Assembly: GCF_006345805.1 (NCBI RefSeq)
Contig: NC_043002.1
Span: 45,012,001 to 45,076,000 of the forward strand
DNA from: Octopus sinensis
Lineage: Eukaryota
Direction of reading: 5' to 3'
Length of the DNA stretch: 64,000 nt
Shown: piece after piece, positions 37,700 through 50,630 of the stretch
Numbering within the stretch: position 1 is the first letter of the stretch
How the letters are laid out: each line of letters begins with the position of its first letter
Notes under the pieces: generated by a model
The model's database searches: none
The model's input: the letters and a program-made list of their open reading frames with translations, nothing else
What the model was told of the DNA's origin: nothing
Translations under genes and position numbers: made by a program

Positions 37700-38880
37700 A
37701 ACCCGGATGAAGGCCATTCACTTCTGTTAGTATATGGCTTGCGCCCCCGTTTGCAACAAATGAGTGTTCGACGATTTTTTAGTGTCTCTGTAGCTTATAA
37801 TCATTTTACGTCCTTTTGCTTGTTGTATCTTTATCGCAGTCCTTGATGTGGTTTATAGACTTTTTTGGAAGAGCCTTTACTAATAAATGGAAGTGGGATG
37901 GGAGTTTAGTATTTTTTTCCCGCTGAGCCGTTAAATTTTAATGCTTTCTTTATAAATATGCTTCGATCGTTCTATAACTTCTTAAGTGTTCTGCCATGAA
38001 TGTAAAAGTGATATAAAAATTCCTAAAGTTGTTTTAACTTTCGGAATTATTTTATCTAAGAGGTTTGCTTCTTATGATTACTACGGGCTTTGTAAGGTAA
38101 AAAATATTCTTTGGTATTACCGCCCGTTTAAGATATCTGTAACCGCATCAACAGCCATATCTTTCTTTAAATTATTTAACAGATACTTTACAACTATACC
38201 ATAAATGCTACGAGTTTTCAATAAGAGCGTTGTTAAAGTTCCTTACTCGACCATACTAAATTTTGCAAAGCCCTAGCTTCTAAAATACAGAAACTCCATT
38301 TGCAGCTTTATATTAAAAAAAATCTCAACCAATATACAATCAATTATTTCAACATACACACCTAGAATCCCTTGGAAAGTGATACGGTTTATAAATATAG
38401 TGCAAAAATCCATGACATACCTACATAGACTAACTTCTATAGCTTTTCCATTATGCTTCACGACCTCATTCACAAATTCAGAAATCCACCACAATTGAAG
38501 AATGGCTTTTTTATTTCTTTAATGGCTTCACTATTCCTTTAATGGCTTCTTTATTCCTTAACTCCGAACGTTCTTCGTGCTCCCTCCACTTATAATCTAA
38601 TCACATATAACTTCAAAGGTAAGATTTTCTTTCAAGTTGCATACGATTAAATTAAAACTGGAACTCATTCATTCTTCTTTTGGCATTGATTATATGTTAT
38701 TATTTTTACTATTTTCTTCTAAAATTAATCGCTGACTTTTTCATGATAGATTTGATTTTTTTAATAAGGTATTTCATTCTTTTTTCTTCTTTCCTTGAAG
38801 TTACCCCGGTTTTAGTTAAAATTTGATTTCTTTAACCTAATTAGGTAGATATTAGTACGCCTAAATTCACCTATGAAACA
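37700..38880 (-). pseudogene. Very degenerate LINE ORF2-like fragment (possibly L1/Tx1)
   Basis: Broken frames such as ALPKKSINHIKD...NDYKL resemble the RT N-terminal LLPK..KD.RPI.L.N.DYK region. Confidence 0.3.
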
Positions 38881-39084
38881 TAAGAGAAATTCTACCTCTA
38901 ACAGAAACGTTATAGAATCGTTAGAGCGTCGGGAAAATGCTTTGTGGTATATGTTTTTCTGGTTTCTGACGGCACAAATTTGCCTTCCATTCTTTCGGTG
39001 TCCATAAAAGAAAATACCAGTCAAGCATTGGGATCGATTCCTTCAAAATTGCTGGTCTTGTGCCAACATCAGAATTATTATTAT

Positions 39085-39880
39085 TTCTCTTTATCAAAGG
39101 TTTTGTTGAAGCTCTTGGAGTCTTGCACACGTAGCGGGTTTACTACCTGCAACCTACGGTACCATGCTATCCGTTCTTTTCAGCTATCGAATACTTTCCT
39201 GATAATTCTGGCTGTGTAACAGTTCTACTGTGCACTCTATTCCAATTTCCTTTATAGTCCTCTTGATGCTTTCTGATATTGTTCCCAAGGACACAACAAT
39301 AATTGGTACTATCTACACCTTCTTCATTTTCCATAGCCGGGGTATGTCGTTCTTAGGAGGGTTGGACATATCTATCTTTTCCTCTTCCTCCTTGACTATT
39401 CGTAGGTCAAATGGGCATGCAACATCAACTATATAGCATATGTGGCGCTCCTTGTCCACCACCAGTAGGTCCGGTCTGTTATAATCTAGCACCTAATCTG
39501 TTTGGGTTGGGAAATCCCAGATGATTTTGCTAGTCTCCTACTCCGCCACTCTCCAAACTGTGTGCTCGTACCACGTCTTGCCTCTCTCTGGCCCCCACTT
39601 TTCGCAGTCTCCGACGTAGCACTTTCGCTACCTGGTCTTGTCGCCACAACTTGTAGTGGCTTTGGGCAAGTCTAGGGCATTCGTTGATATAGGCAATGGT
39701 TTTATCCACTCTATTGCAGATGCGGCACAGCGGAGACACTTGCTCATTCCTAAGGTTGACCCTCCAGTTCGTGACCAAAGTTAGGTCTTGCGCTATCAGT
39801 ATAGTGCTCTCGGTCCCCTTTTTAGGTTTCCTTTCATCAGCCAATGCCACCTATTTTTTCTAAGCACTTGTCTTGTGGCT
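39085..39880 (-). mobile_element. R4/Dong-like LINE 3' part (zinc knuckle and RLE endonuclease)
   Basis: TESTILIAQD, CRICNRVDKTI..I.ECPRLAQSHYK.R.DQVA, WDF..Q.D...NRPD in shifted frames. Confidence 0.85.
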
Positions 39881-39932
39881 ACATGAAATTGATTTGTAGT
39901 CCCTATTATTATTATTGTTGTTGTTGTTGTTG

Positions 39933-40000
<68 letters not shown>

Positions 40001-40003
<3 letters not shown>

Positions 40004-40110
40004 TGCTCTTATTTTATCACGTGCTTTGACTGCACTGAGAAACGCAGCTCTTTGTGTCTTGGGTATATGCTGTGGGTTGTTCTGGTGCTCTTATTTTCAC
40101 GGTATTGAAA
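40001..40110 (-). mobile_element. R4/Dong-like 3' tail ending in (TAA)n (39905-40000)
   Basis: Resembles 43795-43890. Confidence 0.65.
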
Positions 40111-40363
40111 GTAGCGGTGGTGGTGGTTGTGGTAGTGGCGGTGGTACTGGTCGTACGTTATGTCTACGACTAAAATAAAATTTAGTATTTTAGTTTATTT
40201 ATCTCTTACTCATCCATCACTTATTAAATTGATATTTTAAGCAATCTATCTAAATAAATTAAAACCAAAACTTTGTCTCAGTTTTTTTCTTGAATCTCAA
40301 CAAATTTTTCTCAAAATAGTAGACTTAATTTTTCAATTTTATCCCTATAAATTTTCCACTCTA

Positions 40364-41211
40364 CGAGATTTGGTCAGTAAGTATAGGGAATGTTGCCATA
40401 GTAACAAAGGGTGAAGCCACTTGGCACAGATTGATCTTGAACTCTGCTGTGCATGCGCACTATGTTTTAACGTTCTAGTTCATTTTCGCTGTTTACAGCA
40501 GTGATTGGAATGAAGGTGTGTAGCATGGGATCGTTGCATTGACCATGACAGAGAAAGTTGTCATGGCGATACTTGCTCAGAGGCCTACGCAAAGTTGCAG
40601 AAAGTGTATGAGCCCCATACAAGTGTACGAGTGATTCAGATGATTCCAAGATGGCCGAAAAAATGTCGATATTGACGAATGCTCTGGGAAACCCGCATCC
40701 AGCGGAACTGAGAAAAATCTCACAGATGTGTGTGCGGCTGTGAGGGGAAATCGTCGAATCACTATCCGTGAATTATCAGAGGAAATGCAGATTAGTTACG
40801 GTTAAGTTCAGTCCATTATCACTGAAGATTTGGGTATAAGACGCGTGTCTGCCAATTTTATGCCAAAACTGCTTTCAGCTGAACAAAAATACACTTGAAT
40901 TTCAGTTGCACAAAACCTCCTTGATTGTGTCGAGAACGATGAACACTTGTTTTGAAAACTTTGCGTGGGCCTCTGAGCAGGTATCACCAAGCTTTTGTCA
41001 AAATTGATGCAGATTCTCTGCTCAACTTTCTTAATCATTGCCAATGTGACGATCCCACACTACATCCTTTCCTTCCAAGCATTGCTGTAAACTGCAGAAG
41101 TAAGCTAGAACGTTAAAGCTTAGTGTACATGCACAACAAAGTTTACTGTCAATTTGTGCCAAGCGGCTTCACTCTGCGTGCTTTAGCTTTGCTACTATGG
41201 CATCAGTCCGA
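40364..41211. mobile_element. Non-autonomous mariner derivative made of two inverted 5' ends (same family as 3777-4298)
   Basis: About 250-bp inverted arms including the transposase start; left arm continues to RRITIRELSE..VQSIITEDLG..VSANF.PKLLSAEQ..VENDE, then flips. Confidence 0.85.
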
Positions 41212-41770
41212 AGAGTAATTGCCCAGACCACGTATGATATCCTTTTTTCCTTTATCTACCACAACAATATCTGGTCTCCGAGCCTCGATTAGGGAGTCAT
41301 ACTGGATTGTAAAATCCCACAGTATCTTATGTTCCTTGTTCTCTGTGACTCCTTCTGTTTCATGTTCGTACCATTTCTCTGCTCTGTTCAGGCCGTACTT
41401 TTCACATAGCCTCCAGTGGACGAACTTAGTTATGTTATCATGTCTTCTTTTGAAGTGATTTTGGGCCAGCTTGCTACATTCACTCACAATATGCGAGATT
41501 GCTTCGTTTCTGCTGCTGCACATCCTACTAAGGGGCGATTCGCTACTCCTATCTATTTGGAACTTGGTGTAATTAGTTCCCAGAGCTTGTTCCTGAGCAC
41601 TGTATATCAATGACTCAGTGAATCCTTTCACATAACTTTTTCTTAGCCATCTCTAAGTGTTGATATTGTCTTTTCTTTCGATTTCTCTAAGGTATTGCCC
41701 ATGCAGTGGTTTCATTTTCCAGTTGCTTACTCTTTCTTCTTCGTCTTGTTTCCTAAATGTTTGTGTGGGT
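41212..41770 (-). mobile_element. R4/Dong-like LINE 3' part
   Basis: FTESLIYSAQEQAL.TN, ISHIVSECSKLAQ..FKRRHDN, HW.LC.KYG, KILWDFTIQ.D..IEARRPDIVVVDK. Confidence 0.9.
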
Positions 41771-41783
41771 GCATCACATTTTT

Positions 41784-41915
41784 AGGTCGACTTTGCCTTT
41801 CATCCTTTCGAGGTCGATAGATTAAGTACCAGTTGCGTACTGGGGTCGATCTAATCGACTGGCCCCCTTTCCCAAAAATTTTGGGTCTTGTGCTTAGAGG
41901 AGAAAAAATATATTA
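41784..41915 (+). mobile_element. SINE family C 3' half
   Basis: ggtcgactttgcctttcatcctttcgaggtcgatagattaagtaccag. Confidence 0.85.
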
Positions 41916-41929
41916 AGATGTTTAGCATG

Positions 41930-43100
41930 TTGATGAAACCAGAGAGCATCACGATTATATTCTTTCAGATGTAATCTGATCATTGTCCAAAACTTTAGTA
42001 CTTTCCCCTTCGGGAGATGTAGTCTTTAATGGTTATATTAGCTTTTGTTATTTTCCAGTAAAAACTTTTAGGATTGTTCCAGAACATATTGTTATCCTTG
42101 AAAAAGTTTACTCTTTTTTCAACTTTCCTTATCCGTTCTACTTTAACTTGGATAATTTGCTTGATTTTTTAAATTACTTCATTGATTTCGTTTACTTTCA
42201 TATTTTCTTTTCAGTTTCTTAGCTTTTAGTATATTTTTATTTATATATTTATCTATTTTGCACTTGATGTTCTTGTACAGATCTGTGTACACTAATTCTA
42301 TTTCTAATTCTCACTTGTTATGCTTGTTTCCTGTTTATGTGTTGATTCTTTCTCTTTACCGGAATACTATACAGACCATTAGTTGTTGAAGCTGCAGCAA
42401 AAAATAGATCGTTTAGCAAAATGAAACCTATTTCATTTTCACTGATAAGACTTTATAATTGCATTTACCTTGCTTGTTAGTCTATTAGCTTGTTTTAAGT
42501 TACGAATCTTTGGAAAATTATGTAAGGATTAAGTTGCCAATCTTTGGAAAATCATTACAAATACACCAGTTCGGTGTATTTGGCCATCGGCCACTCTGAC
42601 AGAATGTTCGCTTTTAAACTGTGGTGTTCAATATATGTGTTTCCATTTCCACTGTAATCAGTGTCTGGGGCAAATTTCCGAGTACCTCGTTTTTGGTATT
42701 TATCGTGTTAGATTCTACATGCACAGTGGAGAGATGATTTGTATCATTACTTGAATCATTATTTGTATTATTATTGGCTCGAACATATAATTGAACCTGT
42801 TGGGTGTCCAGGTCAGTCAATAGCCTTTTATTTATGATGTTCCTACGAACAGAAGCTAATTTATTGCTATCTATGTTTTGGCTATTGGTAATTTTTTTTC
42901 CTTCCTTCAATTTAAGTATATTCATTCCGTATCGGATTTCCTTGCTGGAAAATACAATACAGTACAATAGGCCTCTTGAACGTCCTTGTTTTCTTCTCAG
43001 GTACATTTTTGCTTTCATTTCGCATTATCAGATTAAGATAATGTGCGCACCGTTATATTTAATGAACTGATATGAGTTGTCTTAGCAGCGTTGTTTAGCA
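41930..43100 (-). pseudogene. R4/Dong-like LINE N-terminal ORF region
   Basis: NKLASVRRNIINKRLLTDL and ERIRKVEKRVNFFKDNNMFWNNPKSFY resemble the pre-RT region of R4/Dong ORFs. Confidence 0.6.
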
Positions 43101-43564
43101 GTGTCTTTTGTTAAAATATCGGCTGCTCTTTGCAGCTCTCGTACTTATGTAGCTTGTAAATATGTCAACTCCTTACCTGATGCATTTGTTATTAATTCTG
43201 GAGAATGTTTTGAGTTTTGTGATTTGGAGGTGCTTCAAATTTTTTGTTGGCTGTAAAAGAGAAGTGTTTGCCTGGGCTAATAGCAAGAAATTATAGTCAC
43301 AGTGTCGCAGATTTTCACTTTAAACGAAATTTAAATGAGAAAAATTTGGAGGTGTTTAAGAGGGTTCATGTGAGAAAAGAGGGCAGATGTTAGCGTATTC
43401 GAAGAAGCAGTAAATATTAAGTAATCACAGAAAATCGTATATTTTAAAGTTTTTAAAGTTACTTTTAAAGAAGACTTCAGTTGAACAGCTGGATTGTAAT
43501 TATACTTTTATTTCTTCAGCTGATGGCTGACTACAGCTACAACATCAAGTCAAACCATTATCGA

Positions 43565-43751
43565 CACTGGTGGTTATCTCGCCGGACAAAATGCTAAGCG
43601 GCCTTACGCACCGAGTTCAAGTGATGCCTCGGTCTACTCTGCCTTACATTGTTTCGGTGTCGATGGAATAAGGACCAGTCGAGCACTGAGGTCAATGCAA
43701 TTGACTTACCTTTTTCTCTAAAACAGCTGGCGTTGTACCAATATTTGAAAC

Positions 43752-43755
<4 letters not shown>
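43565..43755 (+). mobile_element. SINE family C
   Basis: Family motifs; ends ccaatatttgaaacc followed by (ATT)n. Confidence 0.75.
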
Positions 43756-43794
<39 letters not shown>

Positions 43795-43797
<3 letters not shown>

Positions 43798-44529
43798 TAG
43801 TTTTATTTTTATAGCGTGCTTTCAGTTCACTACCGAGCGCAGCTCTGTGTGCCTTAGGTATGTGCTGTGATTTGTTGTGATGCTCTGATGGTTATTGTAT
43901 GGAAAGTGTTCTGCGTAGGATGTGTGCAGTGCCTAGTAGTGCAATTTTCTGTATGTTATATGTGTTTGTAAGTCCTGGTGTTTTTGTTACGTATTTGACT
44001 GAATATTTTTTATCATGCCTAATGCACCTACTATGATAGGAATTGTTTCTGTTTTTAGATTCCACATTCTGGTTACCTCTATTTCCAGGTCTTTGTATTT
44101 TGAGTTTCTCCATTTCTTTTAGAGACACGTTGTCATCTGCCGGTATTGATACATCAATTGGAAAGCATTTTTTTCTTCATGATCTCTGACAACTATATCT
44201 GGTCTGTTGGCCTTAATTTCTCTATCTGTGTGTATCGGCATATCCCAGAGTATGGTTGCTTTCTCGTTTTCTGTGACCTTTTCTGGTTTGTGCCTATACC
44301 ATCTTTTTTCTATTGTTATTCCATAATGTTGGCGTAGCTTCCAATGTATGTAGGTTCCAACTCTGTCATGTCTGTGAATATATTCCTTCTTAGACAGGAC
44401 TGGGCAGCTAGAGATAATATGATTTATTATTTCTTGTCCATCTCCACATATTCTGCAGTTACTTGTTATATTTATTTTCATTACATGTTTTCATTACATG
44501 TTTTTTTATCATTATTATTATTATTATTA

Positions 44530-44569
<40 letters not shown>

Positions 44570-45280
44570 TAGTTTTATTTTTATAGCGTGCTTTCAGTTC
44601 ACTACCGAGCGCAGCTCTGTGTGCCTTAGGTATGTGCTGTGATTTGTTGTGATGCTCTGATGGTTATTGTATGGAAAGTGTTCTGCGTAGGATGTGTGCA
44701 GTGCCTAGTAGTGCAATTTTCTGTATGTTATATGTGTTTGTAAGTCCTGGTGTTTTTGTTACGTATTTGACTGAATATTTTTTATCATGCCTAATGCACC
44801 TACTATGATAGGAATTGTTTCTGTTTTTAGATTCCACATTCTGGTTACCTCTATTTCCAGGTCTTTGTATTTTGAGTTTCTCCATTTCTTTTAGAGACAC
44901 GTTGTCATCTGCCGGTATTGATACATCAATTGGAAAGCATTTTTTTCTTCATGATCTCTGACAACTATATCTGGTCTGTTGGCCTTAATTTCTCTATCTG
45001 TGTGTATCGGCATATCCCAGAGTATGGTTGCTTTCTCGTTTTCTGTGACCTTTTCTGGTTTGTGCCTATACCATCTTTTTTCTATTGTTATTCCATAATG
45101 TTGGCGTAGCTTCCAATGTATGTAGGTTCCAACTCTGTCATGTCTGTGAATATATTCCTTCTTAGACAGGACTGGGCAGCTAGAGATAATATGATTTATT
45201 ATTTCTTGTCCATCTCCACATATTCTGCAGTTACTTGTTATATTTATTTTCATTACATGTTTTCATTACATGTTTTTTTA

Positions 45281-45282
<2 letters not shown>
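43795..45282 (-). mobile_element. Two tandem, essentially identical R4/Dong-like 3' fragments, period 772 bp
   Basis: CRICGDGQEIINHIISSCPVLSKKEYIHRHD..HWKL..WDMPIHTD..IKANRPD; units start at 43795 and 44567, separated by (ATT)n. Confidence 0.92.
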
Positions 45283-45347
<65 letters not shown>

Positions 45348-45424
45348 CATCATTATTATTAATATTATTATCATTATTATCATTATTATCATTATTATTA
45401 TTATTATTATTGTTATTATTACTA

Positions 45425-45890
45425 TTTCTTCTGTGTCCCAAAACCTCAATATCCGGGCTGTTGTGCTTACATTTGGCAGATGTTTTTTATAGGAATGTTC
45501 CAGCAGTGTTCCTTGTGTTGATGTTTGTGTATGTATCCAGTAACAGAGAGACTCTCTATATTTATTCCAGGAAAGTATTTTTCTTCTTCGAGTCGCATTG
45601 TAGATTGCTTTTGCGGTAGCGTTGTGTCGCATAGGGAGGTAGTACCTTGATAAGATTTTGGGACAGATTCTAATCAACTGGTTGATGTCTTTCACAGAAA
45701 TATGACATAATCTACATGTTCGCTTACATTTTGGAGCTACATTGGCTTTATTGTTTCTTTTGTTTATTTGGTATTTAGTACCTGGTAAACAAAATAGATA
45801 GTGAATTTTCTGTTCTTGAATAGTGAATACGTAGTCTTCGAAGAGCGATGTGATGCCCGGACACGAGTCTAAGAGATATTTCACATCAAT
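45425..45890 (-). mobile_element. Further RLE-type LINE fragment
   Basis: EDYVFTIQEQ, CRLCH..V..I..LI..CPK...YYLPMRHN. Confidence 0.75.
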
Positions 45891-45906
45891 ATCATTATCT
45901 TCTTGT

Positions 45907-46090
45907 AGGTGGTGAGTTGGCAGAATCGTTAGCGTGCCTGAGTGGCATTTCTGAGTTCAGATGCCGACTTTGCCTTTCATTCTTTCGGGATCGATAAAAT
46001 AAGTACCAATCTAGCGCTGGGGTTGATGTAATCGACTTAACCCCTCCCTCAAACCCACTGGCCTTATGCCAAAATTTGAAACCAATATTA
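45907..46090 (+). mobile_element. SINE family C
   Basis: ggtggtgagttggcagaatcgttagcg...gccaaaatttgaaaccaatatt. Confidence 0.88.
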
Positions 46091-46099
46091 CGATTTTTC

Positions 46100-49085
46100 T
46101 TCAATTTTTCGGGAAAACCCATGCATGGACATTTTTTATGTTGAGCGTTTCATTCCCAGGTCTTCTTTGAGGTATGTTAGTCCGGTTATTTTGGGGTTGT
46201 ATGAGAGTTCATGAGGAAGAGAGTGCTTCCTAAAGAGCTCACTGCAGATACCTAGAATATTGTTCTCTTCACTTTTCAGCCTGAAGTTAATGTATTTATT
46301 TTTGCTGTCTGGGAGAGACTATACAACATTCAAAGCTGTCTACACTAATCTCAAACTTCTATATCCTTTACCTCTTCTTAGATAGAGCCTGTCGATATCA
46401 CTATTTCAGTGGAGGTTTCCAGTTGTTGTCAGTATCTTGCGAGTTTTAATGTATATGAAGTGGATTTCTTCTATAGACCAGGATGTCAAATGTTGGAATC
46501 AGTACTGGCATTGCAAATGTATTGCAAGATATTGTCTTGTCGTAAGAGGAAGGTTCCGGCTAACATTTTTTTTTTTTAATCTGGCATAATATTCTCGGGT
46601 CACTACCTTTATTCACAGTACCTTCGTGTGATATGTTGTCATCGGTATCCGGACAACTGCCTGACTGACAAGAGCCCGACGGCCAAGAGCCCGACGGCCA
46701 AGTGCCCGACTGACAATTAATCAATCGTCACCAGCCAGATGGATAATTGCCTGATAATTTTAAAGTAAATTGAAACTAAAATATAAAAACACTAAAATTA
46801 ACTAAACTAAAATTATATTAAACCTTTTTAGTTGTCATTGCGTAACATAAAAAAGAAATTAATTTTTTTCAAAGGTAACATGAAAGTATAAAAAATAGAA
46901 TTTATGTTTTATTTGTAAAAGCAGAGACAAAACTTTAACAAAAAAAAAGAAAATACATTAAACAATATTATTTACAGATAATTTATCAATATCATGAATA
47001 ACAACGTAGTTTGGAAAATAGTAAAAAAAAACCTAAAACTTTAAGTTACGCGCTATTCCTCTCAAAAAGTCATCACTTCTCGATTTTCATTATCTTCCAC
47101 AGTATTAGCAATTCTTTTCGTTAAATCTTGATATTTTTATTTTTGGAGGAAGGCTGGTGTCCTACAAGTACTTGGTTGATGATCGTATCGTTAAGTGCTT
47201 GTTCCGTCTTCAATACCTGAAGAAAACGCCAGATATTTGAATGGCTTGATGTTATATTCGCCTGTAAACGTTCGTGCCATCCCTCCAAGGAATTAATTGT
47301 TTGAATACGCAGTCATACATGTTCCACATACAAATAGAAAAGAGTGGGTTGCCTCTGTTTCGCCGTCGTATTTTACTGATATAAGCATATTCAAAGTAAT
47401 CAATGACTGGATTTCCTTCATGGCACACATTTTCTTGTAATTGCTCAAATGTTATTACAACATTATCTGCTGACACAAAAGCGAATGCTTAGAGCAAAAT
47501 CAACATCACTCTGATATCTTGATTGCAATCCCTTTGATTGTACCTTCCGATATACTGCTTGAAAGAGATGAAAAAACATCCTTTGATAATTGCATTTGGG
47601 AAAATTTCGATAATTACATTCTTGGCAGATTGTTCATAATCGATCAAAATGCTAACTGGGCTGAGCCTGGAGTTAATAGCCCAAAGTTGGCTGAAAAGTT
47701 CTTCATAGATGGCCTGACGTATAATTGGCAATAATGCAAATACGCAAGGAATCATTCTATTAGAGATTAAACAGTGAATGGAGTAGAGTTTGTGAAACAG
47801 TACTGGTACTACTTTGAATGTACCAACATAAAATCGATCACTTGAAGATAGTAAGAGTCACACATTTTTCTCAGTAGAAAACAGAAGTATACAGTTCTCA
47901 CTGGGCCCACTATCGTAAAATAAGAAATTTTCCTCATTGCACGTTTGTTCTATTCATCTGGAATGACCATGTCATGCAAGATTCTCGGTGTGGGATGTGG
48001 AACGTGTATAGCTTCCTTATATCTTCTGATTTAACGCCTGATATTGCTCATGACCGGTAGTTGAGTAGAGACGTTTCCGAAATATTCTGTAAAGTTTTTG
48101 TTATAATTTGTTGCGAAGTTTGCTGGGTTGTAATAGCTTTCGTCTTCAATTTTTCACGTACACGTAGGAGAACTTGACGAAGAATATCTGCAGCGTGAGC
48201 ATGTTCGTGTGTCTGGCTGATTATTTCTTTTCCACACATTATAACTTTGGCCTTGCAATTGTTATGTCGGCGGCATTCACATTCGTAGAGCGTATTTCCA
48301 GATGACAAGTCCTTGTTCTTAACGTAGACATAAGTTGAGTTTTAAGGAAATGCATGGGTACTAACAATTGTAATAAACTAAGATGAAAAAAGTTTCAAGA
48401 GATTCACTATTAATAGAGTTGATAGGCCTTTCGACACTTGGTAGTCCTTTACTTCAGCAAACTGAGGGAAAATACCATTTTTGAGCGCAGGAAGATTCGC
48501 CCGAATGACAAGTAAGGTGAAATGAATGACAAATAAAAATAAAGTTAAAGTGTCTGTCGGGCAGATATCTATCGGGCAGTTGTCCCCATTGGGCAGATAT
48601 GAGTCAGGAAGTTGACCTAGAACCGTTTTCATCATGCCTAGGTACTTGTAGCATTCTTTGTGTGGGACAGGAAATATAGTGAAACCTTTGATGCAGAGGT
48701 ATTCGATCTGGAGCACGGAGTTTCCCCGTTCAACAATCAAATATGAACATTTCTTTTGACCAAATCCCATTCCTATATCAGCTGATTTTTTTAAAAATTC
48801 CACTTGTTTTTGTTTTCTTTTGTTGGGGGGGGGGCATCGTTAAAAGTTTTAGCATAAACATCGAGGTCATCCACAAAGAAATTATGGAATAAATCAATAT
48901 TTCTTTCAATTTTCGTCCCTAACAATAAGCCATTTGATTTTTGTAGCAGGAATTTTGACAGATTTATTGCCCAAAATCAAGAGAATTACAAGACTATCTC
49001 CTTGGCCTATTCCTTTTGAAATATTTATTACATTGGAGATGATCGTTCACCTCTCAGTTCAAAGTGAAAGAATTGTTGCTAAGGC
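46100..49085 (-). pseudogene. RLE-type LINE RT fragment split by a MULE
   Basis: FFVDDL.VYA, DIGMGFGQKKC, ECYKYLGM on the right; continues DNI..EGTVNK..REYYAR on the left of the insertion. Confidence 0.75.
46644..48624 (-). mobile_element. MULE/FLYWCH DNA transposon relic with 9-bp TSD
   Basis: TSD gttgtcatc / gttttcatc; termini ggtatccggacaactgcc / ggttctaggtcaacttcc with 15-bp subrepeats; YECECRRHNNCKAKV..HEHAH (FLYWCH-like) and PCVFALLP..YEELF..ILIDYEQS..FPNAIIKGCFF (MULE). Confidence 0.88.
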
Positions 49086-49182
49086 CTTTGTAAGCCTCTC
49101 AATGGCAGCAATTAAAGCAGACATGGTGGTGGTGGTGGTGGTGGTGGTGGTGGCGGCGGCGGCGGGGGTGGGGGTGGAAGCG

Positions 49183-49224
<42 letters not shown>

Positions 49225-49330
49225 TTATTAATTTCAGCCATGATCGTGTTACCGAATATCCACATAGTATATATTTTAAGCCGGTCTGAATAACGCTATG
49301 CTGGTAAGCAAAAGGCGTTTCTCTTATCTA

Positions 49331-50630
49331 TCAGGTCATCCCATAAGTTCTGTCCGATTTTACCTTTTTAAAATTGAATGAAATTTAATAGTATTCTAGA
49401 ATGTCTAATGGAATTTAAAATTATTTTTATGCATTTGTGTACATTTAAACTAATTAAATATTATTTTACAGAATGAGAGAATTAAAATTTCTTTGATTAA
49501 ATTCTTTTAATTAAAATTGAAAGTATTCAAAGAGCATTCGAGGCACACAATGCTTTATGAGTACAAAAAAGGAAACTCTGCTGCCGAAGCGACTCGAAAC
49601 ACACTCAGTTAATGGGAAAAATGCATGAATGAAAGAACTTGCAGAAGATGGTTTGCAAAATTCAGAAGTGGAGATTTCAGCATTGAAGAAGAAGATCGAA
49701 GAGAACGTCCAGTTGAATTTGATGATAAATTGCTTGAGGCATTGATGATAAATTACTTGAAGAAAACCCTGCATTATCAGTTGAAGAATTGGCAATAAAG
49801 CTTAGTTCAAACCATACAACTGTTCATCGTCATCTTCAACAACTTGGAAAGGTTCCTAAACTTGGAAAATGGGTGCCTCATGAATTGTCTGAGAGCAACC
49901 GCAAATCCCGAGTTGATATCTGCTCTTCTCTCCATTCTCGCGAACTCATTTCACCCTTTTTGGATATACTTGTGATTGGTGACGAAAAAAGGGATCTTCT
50001 ATCGAAATGTTAAACGTCGTAAACAGTGGCTTGGTAAAAGGGAAAAAGCTCAACCACAACCGAGAAGCGAACTTCATGGGAAAAAGGTTCTTCTCTCCAT
50101 CTGGTGGGATTGCAAAGGAGTAATTCACTTTGAATTGTTACCACCTAATACAACAATCAATGCTCAAGTCTACTGTCAGCAATTAGAGCGTTTGAACCAA
50201 GATTTGAGGAAAAAAAGACTCACTTTAGTGAATCGAAAAGGAGTGATGTTTCATCAGAACAATGTGCGACCCCACACTTCACAGATCACATCATAGAACA
50301 TCGAAGCGCTTGGTTGGGAAAAAATTCCTCATCCAACTTATTCTCCTGACCTGGCTCCTTCAGACTACCATTTGTTTCGTAGTTTACAGAATCATTAGGA
50401 TGACGTAACTTTCGCAAGCCAGGAGGAGGTCGAAACTGACATCTCAGAGTTCTTTGCTTTGAAACCAAAATAATTTTACATTTAATGGGATTAAAAAGCT
50501 TGTAAATAGACGGAAGGACGTCATAGATAATCAGGGAAAGTACATTAATGGTTAAATTACATTTAACTATAACATTTGAACACTTGTTTTCTTTATTCAA
50601 AATTCGGATAGAACTTATGGGATGACCTGA
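49331..50630 (+). mobile_element. Full-length (1300 bp) mariner element, DD34D type, defective transposase
   Basis: TIRs tcaggtcatcccataagttct(g/a)tccga, TA on both sides; [46 protein letters not shown]; stops and frameshifts. Confidence 0.95.

Noticed and set aside
37706-37750. cggatgaaggccat...atggct, HHR-like 5' core and stem II
   Set aside because: Core is CGGAUGA and the GAAA box is absent (followed by tgcgcc); it also lies antisense within a probable LINE remnant.
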